The notes under the pieces: model-generated
Seen by the model: the letters and a program-made list of their open reading frames with translations, nothing else
What the model was told of the DNA's origin: nothing
Database searches by the model: none
From: Desulfobacterales bacterium
Lineage (GTDB): Bacteria; Desulfobacterota; Desulfobacteria; Desulfobacterales; UBA5852
Length of the DNA stretch: 64,000 bases
NCBI GenBank assembly: GCA_963674755.2
Contig: CAXXVS010000001.1
Span: 960,001-1,024,000 of the forward strand
Direction of reading: 5' to 3'
Made by a program: the position numbers and the translations under genes
Shown: positions 38,394 to 48,462 of the stretch, piece by piece
Layout: the number at the start of each line of letters is the position of its first letter
Position numbering within the stretch: the first letter of the stretch is position 1

Positions 38394-40208
38394 ATGGCAC
38401 AGTTTATCGCAGACCGCAGGGATGTGGATTTTGTACTCCACGAGCAATTGAACGTCGACCAATTCAGCAAACATGAACGATTTGCCGAGTTCAACAAAAA
38501 AACCGTGGATTTAATTATTAGTGAGGCACGCAACCTCGCCATAAAAGAAATTATGCCGACCCAAACGGTTGGGGACTCGGAAGGCGCCCGGTATGAGAAC
38601 GGAACCGTGGTGACGCCCAAGGAATTCAAGCGCGCTTATGAGCTTTTTGTCGAAGGCGAGTGGTTGGCCATGTCCGAAGACCCCGAATGGGGCGGGCAGG
38701 GCATGCCGACGACCCTGGCCCTGTCGGCCAGCGACTATTTTAACGGCGCTAATTTTGCGCTTATGATGTACCCCGGCTTAACCCACGGGGCGGGCAAGCT
38801 TGTGGAAGCCTTCGGCACAGATCTGCAGAAAAAATTGTATCTCAAAAAAATGTTTACGGGCGAGTGGGGTGGCACCATGCTGCTGACCGAGCCGGAGGCT
38901 GGTTCGGATGTTGGCGCCCTGACGACGACGGCCGTAAAAAACGACGACGGTACCTATTCGATCACCGGGAACAAGATTTTTATTTCCGGCGGCGACCACG
39001 ATCTGGTTGAAAACATCATCCATCCGGTCCTGGCGCGTATCGAAGGCGCACCGGAGGGTACCAAAGGCATTTCGCTTTTCCTGGTACCCAAGATCTGGGT
39101 GAACGAGGACGGCAGTCTGGGAGAACCCAACGATATCATCTGCACCGGGATCGAAGAGAAGATGGGGATCCATGGCAACGCCACCTGCTCGATGGCCATG
39201 GGCAGCAAGGGGCAGTGCCGGGGCACCCTTCTGGGTGAAGAGAACAAAGGTATGCGCGCCATGTTCCTGATGATGAATGCCGCCCGGTTGCTGGTGGGCA
39301 TGCAGGGCTTTTGCTGTGCCAGCGCCTCTTATATGAATGCCGTCAACTATGCCCGCGAGCGGGTGCAGGGCAAGAACCTGCTGCAGATGTTCGATAAGTC
39401 GGCGCCGGGGGTTCCCATCATCCAGCACCCGGATGTGCGGCGCATGCTGCTGGGTATGAAAGCCTATGTGGAGGGCATGCGCAGCCTGCTTTATTATGCC
39501 GGCTACTGCGAAGATCAGAAGCTGCTCGCGGAAGATGAAAATGAAAAGGCCCGCCTGCAGGGCATCATCGACGTTCTGATTCCCATATGCAAGGGGTACA
39601 TTACCGACAAATCCTTTGAAGTTTGCAGTCAGGGAATGCAGGTTTACGGCGGATACGGCTATATCAAGGAATACCCCCAGGAGCAGCTGCTGCGGGACTG
39701 CCGCATTACGCTGATCTACGAGGGCACCAACGGCATCCAGGCCATGGACCTTCTGGGCCGCAAGCTGGGCCTGAACAAAGGCAAGGCCGTCATGGATCTT
39801 TTTGGCGAAATCCAGAAGACCATCAACAGTGCCAAGGAAATCGAGGCCACGGCTGATCTGGCGGCCAGCACCGAAAAGGTGGCCAACAAGCTCGGAGAGG
39901 TGGCCATGCACATGGGCGCCACGGCCATGTCGGAAAAAGTCCTCAATGCCTTTGCCTTCGCCCACCCCTTTATGGAAGCATGCGGCGATGTCACCATGGC
40001 CTGGCAGCTGCTGTGGCGGGCCCAGATTGCCGCTCAAAAACTGGCCAAGGCCAAAAAGAAAGATGCGGCCTTTTACGAGGGGCAGTTGAAGTCGGCGGAA
40101 TTTTTTATCAACTCGGTTCTTCCCATTACCCTCGGCAAAATGAACGCCATCCTCAATAACAATGGTGCGGCGGTCGAGATATCTGAGGATGCTTTCGGAG
40201 CAAAGTAA
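38394..40208 (+). CDS. Acyl-CoA dehydrogenase (about 600-aa class)
   Basis: GTMLLTEPEAGSDVG, GNKIFISGG, EEKMGIHGNATC, QVYGGYGY, IYEGTNGIQAMDL. Confidence 0.95.
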   Translation: MAQFIADRRDVDFVLHEQLNVDQFSKHERFAEFNKKTVDLIISEARNLAIKEIMPTQTVGDSEGARYENGTVVTPKEFKRAYELFVEGEWLAMSEDPEWGGQGMPTTLALSASDYFNGANFALMMYPGLTHGAGKLVEAFGTDLQKKLYLKKMFTGEWGGTMLLTEPEAGSDVGALTTTAVKNDDGTYSITGNKIFISGGDHDLVENIIHPVLARIEGAPEGTKGISLFLVPKIWVNEDGSLGEPNDIICTGIEEKMGIHGNATCSMAMGSKGQCRGTLLGEENKGMRAMFLMMNAARLLVGMQGFCCASASYMNAVNYARERVQGKNLLQMFDKSAPGVPIIQHPDVRRMLLGMKAYVEGMRSLLYYAGYCEDQKLLAEDENEKARLQGIIDVLIPICKGYITDKSFEVCSQGMQVYGGYGYIKEYPQEQLLRDCRITLIYEGTNGIQAMDLLGRKLGLNKGKAVMDLFGEIQKTINSAKEIEATADLAASTEKVANKLGEVAMHMGATAMSEKVLNAFAFAHPFMEACGDVTMAWQLLWRAQIAAQKLAKAKKKDAAFYEGQLKSAEFFINSVLPITLGKMNAILNNNGAAVEISEDAFGAK

Positions 40209-40247
40209 CCGGGCGTATCGAAACGCTTGAGGCACACAATGGGAGGA

Positions 40248-40279
40248 GGGCTGTGGGGATTTCCCCGCAGCCTTTTTTT
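40248..40279 (+). terminator. Intrinsic terminator
   Basis: GGCTGTGGGGA/TCCCCGCAGCC stem followed by T7. Confidence 0.75.
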
Positions 40280-40526
40280 ATGCGCACCTTTGCCGGTAAG
40301 CTTGCAACGAGTGGCGGCAGAGGCGCTGTGAATTTAAATGGAGACGCCAGAAGGAATATACGCTCAAATCGTGCAGGAGGGTGCCCATCGAAAGGTGTTG
40401 CCGCAACGCAGCGACTAACAATAGGTGCTACGGGAAGAACCGATGCTGCATCCTACCCCGGGCAGGCATACGGTTGCCGACGTTGTCATTCATCCCACCC
40501 GGTTATGGGGGGGCTTACAATCGATC

Positions 40527-40559
40527 AAAAAAAACGGCCGGCATCCGAAGTGCCGGCCG
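40527..40559 (-). terminator. Intrinsic terminator downstream of fadD
   Basis: CGGCCGGCA/TGCCGGCCG stem with A8 on the plus strand (U-tract on minus). Confidence 0.75.
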
Positions 40560-40590
40560 CAGGAAATGGGGTGGATTGTGGGTAACGGGT

Positions 40591-42288
40591 TTAGGCCTGG
40601 CCGCGTTTGGCCAGCTCTTCGGCCCGTAGATCTTTCTTAAGGACTTTGCCCACATTCGTTTTCGGCAGGGCGTTGATAAAATCGACTTCCGTAGGCAGTT
40701 TATAGGTCGCCAGCTTGCCCTTGCAGTATTCGATGATTTCTTCGACGGTCGCCTGTTCCCCCTCCTTCAGCACAATGAAGACCTTGACCTGCTCACCACG
40801 GCGGGGATGGGGTACGCCGATGGCGGTGGCTTCGGCGATTTTGGGATGTTCGAAAAGGACTTCTTCGATATCGCGGGGGTAAACATTGTAGCCGCCGGAA
40901 ATGATCATGTCCTTTTTGCGGTCCACAATGTAGAAATAGCCGTCTTCATCCATCTTGGCGATGTCGCCGGTGTGCAGCCAGCCGTCCACCAGTGTTTCGG
41001 CGGTGGCCTCCGGCCGCTGCCAGTACCCTTGCATGACTTGGGGGCCGCGCACGACCAGTTCGCCCGATTCACCCACCGGCATTTCCTGGGAACCGTCGCT
41101 AAGATCCACAATACGGGCCTCGGTATCTGAAATGGGAAGGCCGATGCTGCCGACTTTGCGCTCGCCGCCGAAAGGATTGATGTGGGTCACCGGGGATGAT
41201 TCCGTCATGCCGAATCCTTCTACGATGACCGCCCCGGTTTTATGTTCGAAATCCCGGATGACTTCGAGGGGCAAGGGGGCGCTGCCTGAGAAGCAGCCCT
41301 TGATAGAAGTCAAATCGGTCCGCTCGATCAGGGGATGGTTGAGCATGCCGATATACATGGTCGGCACAAGCGGGGCGAAGGTCGGTCGAAATTTGCCGAT
41401 GGTTTCCAGCAAAGGTTCAGGTTGCGGTTTGGGCACCAAAACATCGCCCCACCCCATGAAGATGGCAAAATTCATGGCGACCGAAAGACCGAAGACATGA
41501 AAGAAAGGCAGGGCGCCCAGCATCGTTTCTTCGCCCGGGTTGAAGCCGGGAAACCAGGCCCTTATTTCTTGCACCTGTCGGCTGAGGTTGCCGTGGGTCA
41601 GCATGACACCTTTGGATACACCGGTCGTGCCACCGGTATATTGCAACATGGCGATATCGTCGAAGGAGAGGGACACCGGCGATGGGCTCGGGGTATAACG
41701 GGACAAAATCTCTTTCCATTTATACAGGTCGGCAGCCGGGGATACGTCTGCGGCAAGCCCTTTTTTCTTTCCCACCAGAGGAAAGAGCAAATTTTTTGGA
41801 AAAGGCAGGTAATCCCCGATCGATGTGTAAATGATGGTTTTAATGGTCGTTCGGGGCCGCAACGCTACCATGCGGTTCGCCAACAAGTCCAGCGTAATAA
41901 GTAGTTTGGAGCCCGAATCGTTGAACTGGTGTTCGAGTTCACGATCGGAATAAAGAGGGTTGTTCATAACGGCCCGGGCGCCTATTTTCAAAATGGCATA
42001 ATAAGCAACGACGCAAGGGATGATATTGGGCAGCAGGATGGAAACACTGTCTCCCTGGTGAATGCCCATATTTTGAAAGGCATTGGCCATTCGGTTGACC
42101 ATAGTCTGCAATTGCCGGTAGGTGACTTTATAGCCCTGAAAAAGCAATGCCATGCGGTCCGGAAACTCGGCGGCCGAACGGTCGAGGAATTCGGGCAGAC
42201 AAACGGTTTCGTATTGAACTGTTGCCGGAACCCCTTCCTCGTATTGTTTGAGCCAAGGTTTATCAGCGTAACCCATTGAATTCGTCAC
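40591..42288 (-). CDS. fadD: Long-chain-fatty-acid--CoA ligase
   Basis: YTGGTTGVSKG, EGFGMTE, GWLHTGDIA, DRKKDMI, PKTNVGK. Confidence 0.92.
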   Translation of the reverse strand: MTNSMGYADKPWLKQYEEGVPATVQYETVCLPEFLDRSAAEFPDRMALLFQGYKVTYRQLQTMVNRMANAFQNMGIHQGDSVSILLPNIIPCVVAYYAILKIGARAVMNNPLYSDRELEHQFNDSGSKLLITLDLLANRMVALRPRTTIKTIIYTSIGDYLPFPKNLLFPLVGKKKGLAADVSPAADLYKWKEILSRYTPSPSPVSLSFDDIAMLQYTGGTTGVSKGVMLTHGNLSRQVQEIRAWFPGFNPGEETMLGALPFFHVFGLSVAMNFAIFMGWGDVLVPKPQPEPLLETIGKFRPTFAPLVPTMYIGMLNHPLIERTDLTSIKGCFSGSAPLPLEVIRDFEHKTGAVIVEGFGMTESSPVTHINPFGGERKVGSIGLPISDTEARIVDLSDGSQEMPVGESGELVVRGPQVMQGYWQRPEATAETLVDGWLHTGDIAKMDEDGYFYIVDRKKDMIISGGYNVYPRDIEEVLFEHPKIAEATAIGVPHPRRGEQVKVFIVLKEGEQATVEEIIEYCKGKLATYKLPTEVDFINALPKTNVGKVLKKDLRAEELAKRGQA

Positions 42289-42451
42289 CTGAGCCTCCTT
42301 AATGTTTTGACGGTTTGATAAAAAGCCCTATCGACGCTTCCCGCTTTTCTCCGTCTACGGCGTTGAAGTGTAAACGGTCCAACGCGGTTGTCATGATGCC
42401 GTTCCGTGTTTCCTTTCGGAACGAATTTTTGCTCACAGCACGCGTCGCAAG

Positions 42452-42469
42452 TGAATGAATAGCCATTCA
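42452..42469. promoter_or_regulatory. FadR-type operator 2 (fadD side)
   Basis: TGAATGAATAGCCATTCA, 2 mismatches to the operator 1 core. Confidence 0.65.
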
Positions 42470-42667
42470 GTCATTAGGTGAATCGAACAGAATTGTCAAG
42501 AAACCAATTTAATGGTATGGGGTGATTCGACAAGTTGCCAGACGCGTTGGCCCTAATGCAGGCGAAACCAAAACCAACCGTCATATAGCGGCCTTGACGG
42601 AAATCAATGATGGGTTGGCACTGGCTGGCGGTTTTTCCCTTGACGCATGATAATTTGTTTACTAAAC

Positions 42668-42685
42668 TGAATGAGTATTCATTCA
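42668..42685. promoter_or_regulatory. FadR-type operator 3 (Fe-S oxidoreductase/etf operon)
   Basis: TGAATGAGTATTCATTCA, 1 mismatch; downstream of TTGACG at 42640. Confidence 0.72.
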
Positions 42686-42725
42686 TTACGCTTTTTTATC
42701 ACTCTCCAAAGGAGGCTAAATCCCT

Positions 42726-44798
42726 ATGGAACCTGCTTTGTTATCGCCAGCGGCCTTTAAGTTTTTCCATATACCGACAGCCCTGTTCGCATTGCTGATT
42801 CCCTTGGTCGGTACGGGCGTTTTTGTTTTTATCATGAAGCGCCGTCTTGCGCCGTTGTTGAAGGCCGCTCCTGATAATCGGTTCAATCGTCCGCTGGCGC
42901 GCCTCTGGAGAGTGCTCAAGATCTGGCTGGCCCAGTGGCGCCAGCCCCGCTACAGAATGGCGGGTGTCATCCATATTTTCATCTTCGCCGGCTTCCTCGT
43001 GCTCAGCATCCGTTCCACTACGCTGGTATTTCTCGGTTTCTGGCCGGGGTTCACCATCCCCGGATTCGGAGGGGCGCTGGGCCATGCCTACAACATTTTC
43101 AAGGATTATGCGGCAACCTGGGTTTTGATCGCCTGCGTGATCGCCGCCGTACGGCGGGGTATTTTCAAACCCGAGCGCTACGCCGTGCCTAAACACTATG
43201 GCAAGGATCACACCGGTGAGGCCGTGTTTGTCCTGGCGCTGATATCCACCCTCATGATTTCCGAAAGCCTTTTCGAAGCTACCCTGGCGGCGGCGCAGAT
43301 TCAGGAATTGCAACCCGCCGAGTTCGTGGCGCCGGGCACCTTGGCCTGGATGTTTCGCAACATGCTGGTGGACACCCCCATCGTCCAATTGCAGAGCATG
43401 CACATCACGGCCTATTTCATCCATGACCTGACCTTTTTCTTTTTCCTCTGCTTCCTGCCGCTGGGCAAACATTTCCACGTCATTACCTCCATTTTCAACG
43501 TCTATTTCATGCGGCTGGCGCGGGGCAATATCAAGCCGGTCAAATATGGCGTGAGCGAGGCCCAGCTGGATGATCTGGAATCTTTCGGCGTCAAGAAGTT
43601 CGAGGATTTCACCTGGAAGCACATGCTGGATTTTTATTCCTGCGCCGATTGCGGCCGCTGTTCGGACAACTGCCCGGCCAACGCGGTCAAACGCCCGCTT
43701 TCGCCCCGTTTTATTTCCATCAAGGGGCGTGACTACGCCTTTGCCAACTATCCCCTCAGCGGTGCGGATGTCGTCAAGGCGGAGGACTATCAGCTGATCG
43801 GCGACATTTACAGCGAGGACGAGATCTGGTCCTGCACCACCTGCGGAGCCTGCGAGCAGGAATGCCCGCTGGGTATCGAATATATCGACAAGATCGTGGA
43901 CCTGCGCCGTGGTATGGTGGACGAGGGCAATGTTCCCCAGTCGCTTCAAAAGCCGTTACGTGCCCTTGAGAAGCGCGGCAACCCCTGGGGGAAAATGGAG
44001 AAAAAGCGCGGAGACTGGGTCAAAGAAATCGCCGATGACGTGCCGGTGAAGCGCTTTGAAAAGGGTGAAAGCGCCGAGGTGCTTTATTTCGTTGACAGCA
44101 TCTCCTCCTTTGACGACCGCATGCAGAGTATTGCCCAGGCCACGGCGCGCATCCTGGCCAAAGCCGGCATCGATTTCGGCATCCTGGGAAAACTGGAAAA
44201 AGACAGCGGCAACGAAGTGCGGCGCTTTGGGGAAGAAATGCTTTTTCAGGATCTCAAAAGCCAGAATACGGAAGCCATCCTGGAGGCGGGCATCAAGAAA
44301 ATCGTGACGGCCGATCCCCATGCCTTCAATGCCCTGCGCAAGGACTACGACAATCTGCCTCCGGTGGAGCACATCAGCCAGGTGATCTGTAAACAGATTA
44401 AAGCCGGCCGCCTGTCCCTGACAGGCACCAACGGCGATGGCAAGGTTTATACCTATCATGACCCCTGCTATCTGGGGCGGCACAACCAACTCTACGATGA
44501 TCCGCGGCGTGTTCTGGACGCCATTCCCGGGCTGACGCGGGTGGAGATGCTGCGCAGCGGCGACCGGTCGTTCTGCTGCGGGGGCGGCGGCCTGATGCTC
44601 TTCTACGAGCCCGAGGAAGAACAGCGCATGGGGGTTTTGCGGGTGGAGATGGCAGCCAGGGCCGGGGCCAATGTCATTGTGACGGCCTGTCCCTTCTGCC
44701 TGGTCAATATGGAGGATGCCATCAAGGTGGCCGGGCTGGAAGGCAAGATGGAAGCGGTGGACTTGTGTGAACTGGTGGCCAGCCATCTGGCCGACTGA
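42726..44798 (+). CDS. Membrane-bound Fe-S oxidoreductase, FadF/HdrD-like (probable ETF:quinone oxidoreductase)
   Basis: N-terminal TMs with His residues, CADCGRCSDNCP and CTTCGACEQECP, CCG domain (YHDPCYLGR, CCGGGG, TACPFC); precedes etfBA. Confidence 0.88.
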   Translation: MEPALLSPAAFKFFHIPTALFALLIPLVGTGVFVFIMKRRLAPLLKAAPDNRFNRPLARLWRVLKIWLAQWRQPRYRMAGVIHIFIFAGFLVLSIRSTTLVFLGFWPGFTIPGFGGALGHAYNIFKDYAATWVLIACVIAAVRRGIFKPERYAVPKHYGKDHTGEAVFVLALISTLMISESLFEATLAAAQIQELQPAEFVAPGTLAWMFRNMLVDTPIVQLQSMHITAYFIHDLTFFFFLCFLPLGKHFHVITSIFNVYFMRLARGNIKPVKYGVSEAQLDDLESFGVKKFEDFTWKHMLDFYSCADCGRCSDNCPANAVKRPLSPRFISIKGRDYAFANYPLSGADVVKAEDYQLIGDIYSEDEIWSCTTCGACEQECPLGIEYIDKIVDLRRGMVDEGNVPQSLQKPLRALEKRGNPWGKMEKKRGDWVKEIADDVPVKRFEKGESAEVLYFVDSISSFDDRMQSIAQATARILAKAGIDFGILGKLEKDSGNEVRRFGEEMLFQDLKSQNTEAILEAGIKKIVTADPHAFNALRKDYDNLPPVEHISQVICKQIKAGRLSLTGTNGDGKVYTYHDPCYLGRHNQLYDDPRRVLDAIPGLTRVEMLRSGDRSFCCGGGGLMLFYEPEEEQRMGVLRVEMAARAGANVIVTACPFCLVNMEDAIKVAGLEGKMEAVDLCELVASHLAD

Positions 44799-44871
44799 TT
44801 TAAGGTTTGTCTTCCGGAGGATAGCGGAAGCGTGAAAGTTTAGGGTCAATACCAACATCGGGAGGAAAAAC

Positions 44872-45645
44872 ATGGAAATTTTGGTGTGTGTCAAGAGAGT
44901 GCCGGACACTTCCGAAAATGAGATCGAGCTGAACAGCGCCGGCAACGACATCGACCGCGACGATCTGGTCTACTCGGTCAACGAGTGGGACAATTACGCG
45001 GTGGAGGAAGCGCTGCAGATCGTGGACAAGGTGGGCGGCAGTGTGACGGTGGTCTCGGTGGGCGATGAGGAGACCGAGGAAGTGTTGCGGCGGGAGATGG
45101 CCATGGGGGCTGAAAAGGGACTTTTGCTGAGCGACGATGCCTTCGAGGAAGCCGACGGCCGTGGGATTGCAACGGCGCTTAAGGCCGCCGTGGACAAAGG
45201 CAATTATGATTTGATTCTCACCGGGGCCCAGGCCGATGACGGGGCAGGCCAGGTGGGCGGCATGCTGGCGGCCATGCTGGATGTACCCTTTGCCTCGCTG
45301 GTGAACACCATCGAGGTGGACGGCGACAAGCTCAAGGTCGGCCGGGAGATCGAGGGCGGCAACCAGGAGATGCACGAGGTCAGCCTGCCGTGCGTGCTGT
45401 CGATTCAAACCGGCATCAACGAGCCGCGCTATGTGGGGATCCGCGGCATCCGCAAGGTGGCCTCGGTGGAGATTCCCACCATGGGCGCCGGTGACCTGGG
45501 GCTGGATGTGCCTGCCGCCAAAGTCAAGCGCCTGGATTACTTCCTGCCCGATATGGGCGAGGGGGCCGAGATGCTGGAAGGCAGCACGGAGGAGATCATC
45601 GACAAGCTGGTGGAACTCTTAAAGGCTAAAGGAGGGCTGAAATAA
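44872..45645 (+). CDS. etfB: Electron transfer flavoprotein beta subunit
   Basis: ILVCVKRVPD, NEWDNYAVEEAL, GAQADD..GQVG, NEPRY. Confidence 0.93.
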   Translation: MEILVCVKRVPDTSENEIELNSAGNDIDRDDLVYSVNEWDNYAVEEALQIVDKVGGSVTVVSVGDEETEEVLRREMAMGAEKGLLLSDDAFEEADGRGIATALKAAVDKGNYDLILTGAQADDGAGQVGGMLAAMLDVPFASLVNTIEVDGDKLKVGREIEGGNQEMHEVSLPCVLSIQTGINEPRYVGIRGIRKVASVEIPTMGAGDLGLDVPAAKVKRLDYFLPDMGEGAEMLEGSTEEIIDKLVELLKAKGGLK

Positions 45646-46613
45646 TGGCTCAGATTTTTTCCTATATCTTGCACAAGGACGGGGCCCTTGACGATACGGC
45701 CCTTGAACTGGCCGCGGCTGCCAAGAAAATCGATGCTTCCGCCAACCCGACCGCGATTGTGGTCGGTTCCGGAGACGGCCTGGATGCGGTCTGCACCAAG
45801 GTTGCCGCCAGTTACGGCGAAGTCTGGAAGGTGGCCAACGAGGCCATCACCTATCCGGATGCGGAAATGATCCGCAAGGTGTTGGTGAATATCCTGCCGG
45901 CGGAGAGCATCGTGCTGATCGCCCATGAGCATTTTGGCATGGACCTGGCGCCGGGGCTGTCCATCAAACTGGATTCGGCGCTGGCGACCGATGTGGTGGC
46001 TATCGAAGGTGCGGATGGTGCCACGCTGAAGCTTGTGCGGCAGGAATTCGGCGGAGCGGTGAGCGCCCATGTGACCTGCGATGCGGCCCAGGGGGCGGTG
46101 CTGACCCTGCGTCCGGGCTCCTTTGGGGCCGACGAATCCCAGAGCGCCGGCGGAACGGTGGTGGATAAATCCTCTGAAGCCGGGGATCTCACCGCCCAGC
46201 GGAAGTATCTGGAGGTCGTGGAGGCCGAAGCGGGGGATGTGGACATCACCAAGTCGGAAGTGCTGGTGTCCTGCGGCCGGGGCATCGAGGATGAAGAGAA
46301 CCTGGAGATTGCCTTCGATCTGGCCAAGGCCATGGGGGCGGATGTGTCCTGCTCGCGCCCCATCGTGGATGCCAAATGGCTGCCCAAGGCCCGCCAGGTG
46401 GGCACTTCGGGTCAGACGGTCAAGCCCAAGGTGTATATGGCCTGCGGGATCAGCGGCAGCTTCCAGCACATGGGGGGCATCAAGGGCAATCCCTTCATCA
46501 TCGCCATCAACAAAAACCCCAAGGCCCCCATCTTCCAGGTGGCCGACGTGGGTATCGTGGCCGACATCCTCGAGTTCCTGCCCGAACTGACCGAAAAAAT
46601 CGAGGAACTCTAA
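45645..46613 (+). CDS. etfA: Electron transfer flavoprotein alpha subunit
   Basis: VSCGRG, SRPIVD, QVGTSGQTVKP, GISGSFQH, AINKNPKAPIF. Confidence 0.94.
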   Translation: MAQIFSYILHKDGALDDTALELAAAAKKIDASANPTAIVVGSGDGLDAVCTKVAASYGEVWKVANEAITYPDAEMIRKVLVNILPAESIVLIAHEHFGMDLAPGLSIKLDSALATDVVAIEGADGATLKLVRQEFGGAVSAHVTCDAAQGAVLTLRPGSFGADESQSAGGTVVDKSSEAGDLTAQRKYLEVVEAEAGDVDITKSEVLVSCGRGIEDEENLEIAFDLAKAMGADVSCSRPIVDAKWLPKARQVGTSGQTVKPKVYMACGISGSFQHMGGIKGNPFIIAINKNPKAPIFQVADVGIVADILEFLPELTEKIEEL

Positions 46614-46644
46614 GCGAATCGTACAACCTAATTGAAGTTGCCAG

Positions 46645-46680
46645 ACCGGCTGTTCTCTGATGGGAACAGCCGGTTTTTTT
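46645..46680 (+). terminator. Intrinsic terminator after etfA
   Basis: ACCGGCTGTTC/GAACAGCCGGT stem followed by a T-run. Confidence 0.8.
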
Positions 46681-46687
46681 CTGAGAA

Positions 46688-47284
46688 TTGCTCGCAGGGC
46701 AAAAATACGCTACGGTTTCCGGACGCGCTGGCGAGCATAAAAGGAGCCATATAGTGGGGCCCGGACCTTATCGATTACCGAAAACCATTGCATCGGATAC
46801 CCGCGCAGAGCCGTTGTTAAAGATTCTGGGCGCGGCCTCGCACCGCCTTTGGCCGGGAAGCACGCTATGCATCCCCGAGGCCGAGTTGAGTGACGCCCTG
46901 TTGGAGGCATTGCGGGCAGCCCATCGGATGGGACGGGTGGTGCGCAGTCTGGAGAAAGCCCAAACCGTATTGACCGCAGAAGCGCATGGCCAGCGATTGG
47001 CAGACCGAAAAAGTGGAACCGTGCGTGGCGTCCGTATATCCCGTCTGCTGGTATTGACCAATGATGGCGCCGAGCGTTTCTACCGGCAGGTGGCATCGCT
47101 CCTGGAGAGTCATGGGTCAAGGGTCGTCGCCGTCCGTCTAAAGGTAGCTGCGGAAATCCTCGGTAACGCTCTGTATGGAAAGGGGGGGGCGGCACGCCTT
47201 TTGATGATCGAACACAAGGCCGCGGTCGGTGCGGTTCTGTTGGCGCTGGCGGACCAGTGGATCGATTCAATCGACGTCTCCTGA
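46688..47284 (+). CDS. Hypothetical protein, C-terminal part L7Ae/L30e-like
   Basis: ALRAAHRMGRVV ... LLVLTNDG ... EILGNALYGK...LLMIEH resembles the L7Ae/YlxQ pattern; start uncertain. Confidence 0.55.
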   Translation: MLAGQKYATVSGRAGEHKRSHIVGPGPYRLPKTIASDTRAEPLLKILGAASHRLWPGSTLCIPEAELSDALLEALRAAHRMGRVVRSLEKAQTVLTAEAHGQRLADRKSGTVRGVRISRLLVLTNDGAERFYRQVASLLESHGSRVVAVRLKVAAEILGNALYGKGGAARLLMIEHKAAVGAVLLALADQWIDSIDVS

Positions 47285-47353
47285 AGACCATTCAGCGTTA
47301 CCATCGGCTCCGGCCGAAGGATGCAAAGAGATGCGTTGTTTAAGGAGCCACCT

Positions 47354-48118
47354 ATGGCCGATACCATGACCAACAGTTTGGGAATGGAAATGCTGCTTCT
47401 GCCGAGCGGGGCTTTCACCATGGGAGGGGATTGGGATGCCGAGCAGGCCGACGAAAACGAACTCCCCCAACATGTGGTGCTGTTTGACCGGCCCTTCTAC
47501 ATAGGGAAATATACGGTCACCCAATCCCAGTGGCAGGCCTTGATGGACAACAACCCCAGCGAATTCAAGGGGGCGGACCGTCCGGTCGAGACGATCTCCC
47601 ATGGGGAGGCGTGCGCCTTTATCACGTGTTTGAATGCGCAGGAAAACACCCGCACCTACCGACTGCCCACCGAAGCCGAGTGGGAATATGCGGCCCGGGC
47701 CGGTTCCCAGAGCGTCTATTGCTATGGGGACGAGATCAACCGTTTGACGGAATTTGCCTGGTTCCAGGACAATAGTGCCGGCACAACCCATCCCGTGGGG
47801 CAGCTGTCCCCCAATGATTGGGGACTCCACGACATGCACGGCAATGTGCATGAATGGTGCGGCGATTGGTACCGCCGCGGCTACTATGCGGAAAGTCCGC
47901 CCCAGCATCCCGCCGGTGCCCCCAAGGGCGTCGCCCGGGTACTGCGCGGCGGCGATTGGGGCTCCGAAGCCTGGTATTGCCGCTGCGCCATCCGGAGCTT
48001 GAGCTCTCCCCAGCGCCGTAGCCCGAGGGTTGGTTTCCGGATGGTCAGAGACCTGGCGGAACCCTCGGTCGGCCGGGCATCCAGGGGGATTGTCGGCAGG
48101 CTGCTCGGGAAACGGTGA
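47354..48118 (+). CDS. Formylglycine-generating enzyme (FGE/SUMF1)-domain protein
   Basis: FTMG, VTQSQW, YRLPTEAEWEYAARAG, NDWGLHDMHGNVHEWC, RGGDW, VGFR. Confidence 0.9.
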   Translation: MADTMTNSLGMEMLLLPSGAFTMGGDWDAEQADENELPQHVVLFDRPFYIGKYTVTQSQWQALMDNNPSEFKGADRPVETISHGEACAFITCLNAQENTRTYRLPTEAEWEYAARAGSQSVYCYGDEINRLTEFAWFQDNSAGTTHPVGQLSPNDWGLHDMHGNVHEWCGDWYRRGYYAESPPQHPAGAPKGVARVLRGGDWGSEAWYCRCAIRSLSSPQRRSPRVGFRMVRDLAEPSVGRASRGIVGRLLGKR

Positions 48119-48214
48119 ATTCTGTAGGCGATTTCGCTTCGGGCATTCCGCTTCGCCAGGTATTTTAAGAATCCGGACCTACGACCGGTTTATTATCGGG
48201 GGACTGCCATACGT

Positions 48215-48325
48215 GTGATTTTTAAGCAGCATACCATCGCCTTGGTTTACGATTTCGGCCATTATGCGTCGCCAGACTATCGTGCGGATAAGACGCTTGA
48301 GCGACGCGTCAGGCTGATCCTGATT
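48215..48325 (+). pseudogene. Relic of a HAD-like hydrolase gene with nearly the whole core deleted
   Basis: FKQHTIALVYDF (HAD motif I start) runs straight into YASPDYRADKTLERRVRLIL (C-terminal-like segment). Confidence 0.4.
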
Positions 48326-48462
48326 TTATGGTCGCCCGCATCGTGTTCCACAGGGAGCAGTTTTCATCTCGACGGGAGATGGCCAGGGTTTAATGGCCGG
48401 ACTTTGCCAATCCATCAGACCGCCGATTCCGTTGACCTTCTGTGAGAGAATGGATGAAAGCC

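Noticed and set aside
40290..40500. Further degenerate repeat or ncRNA between the two terminators (similar impression at 37260-37370)
   Set aside because: Could not align it convincingly to the MITE-like element or fold it into a clear structure
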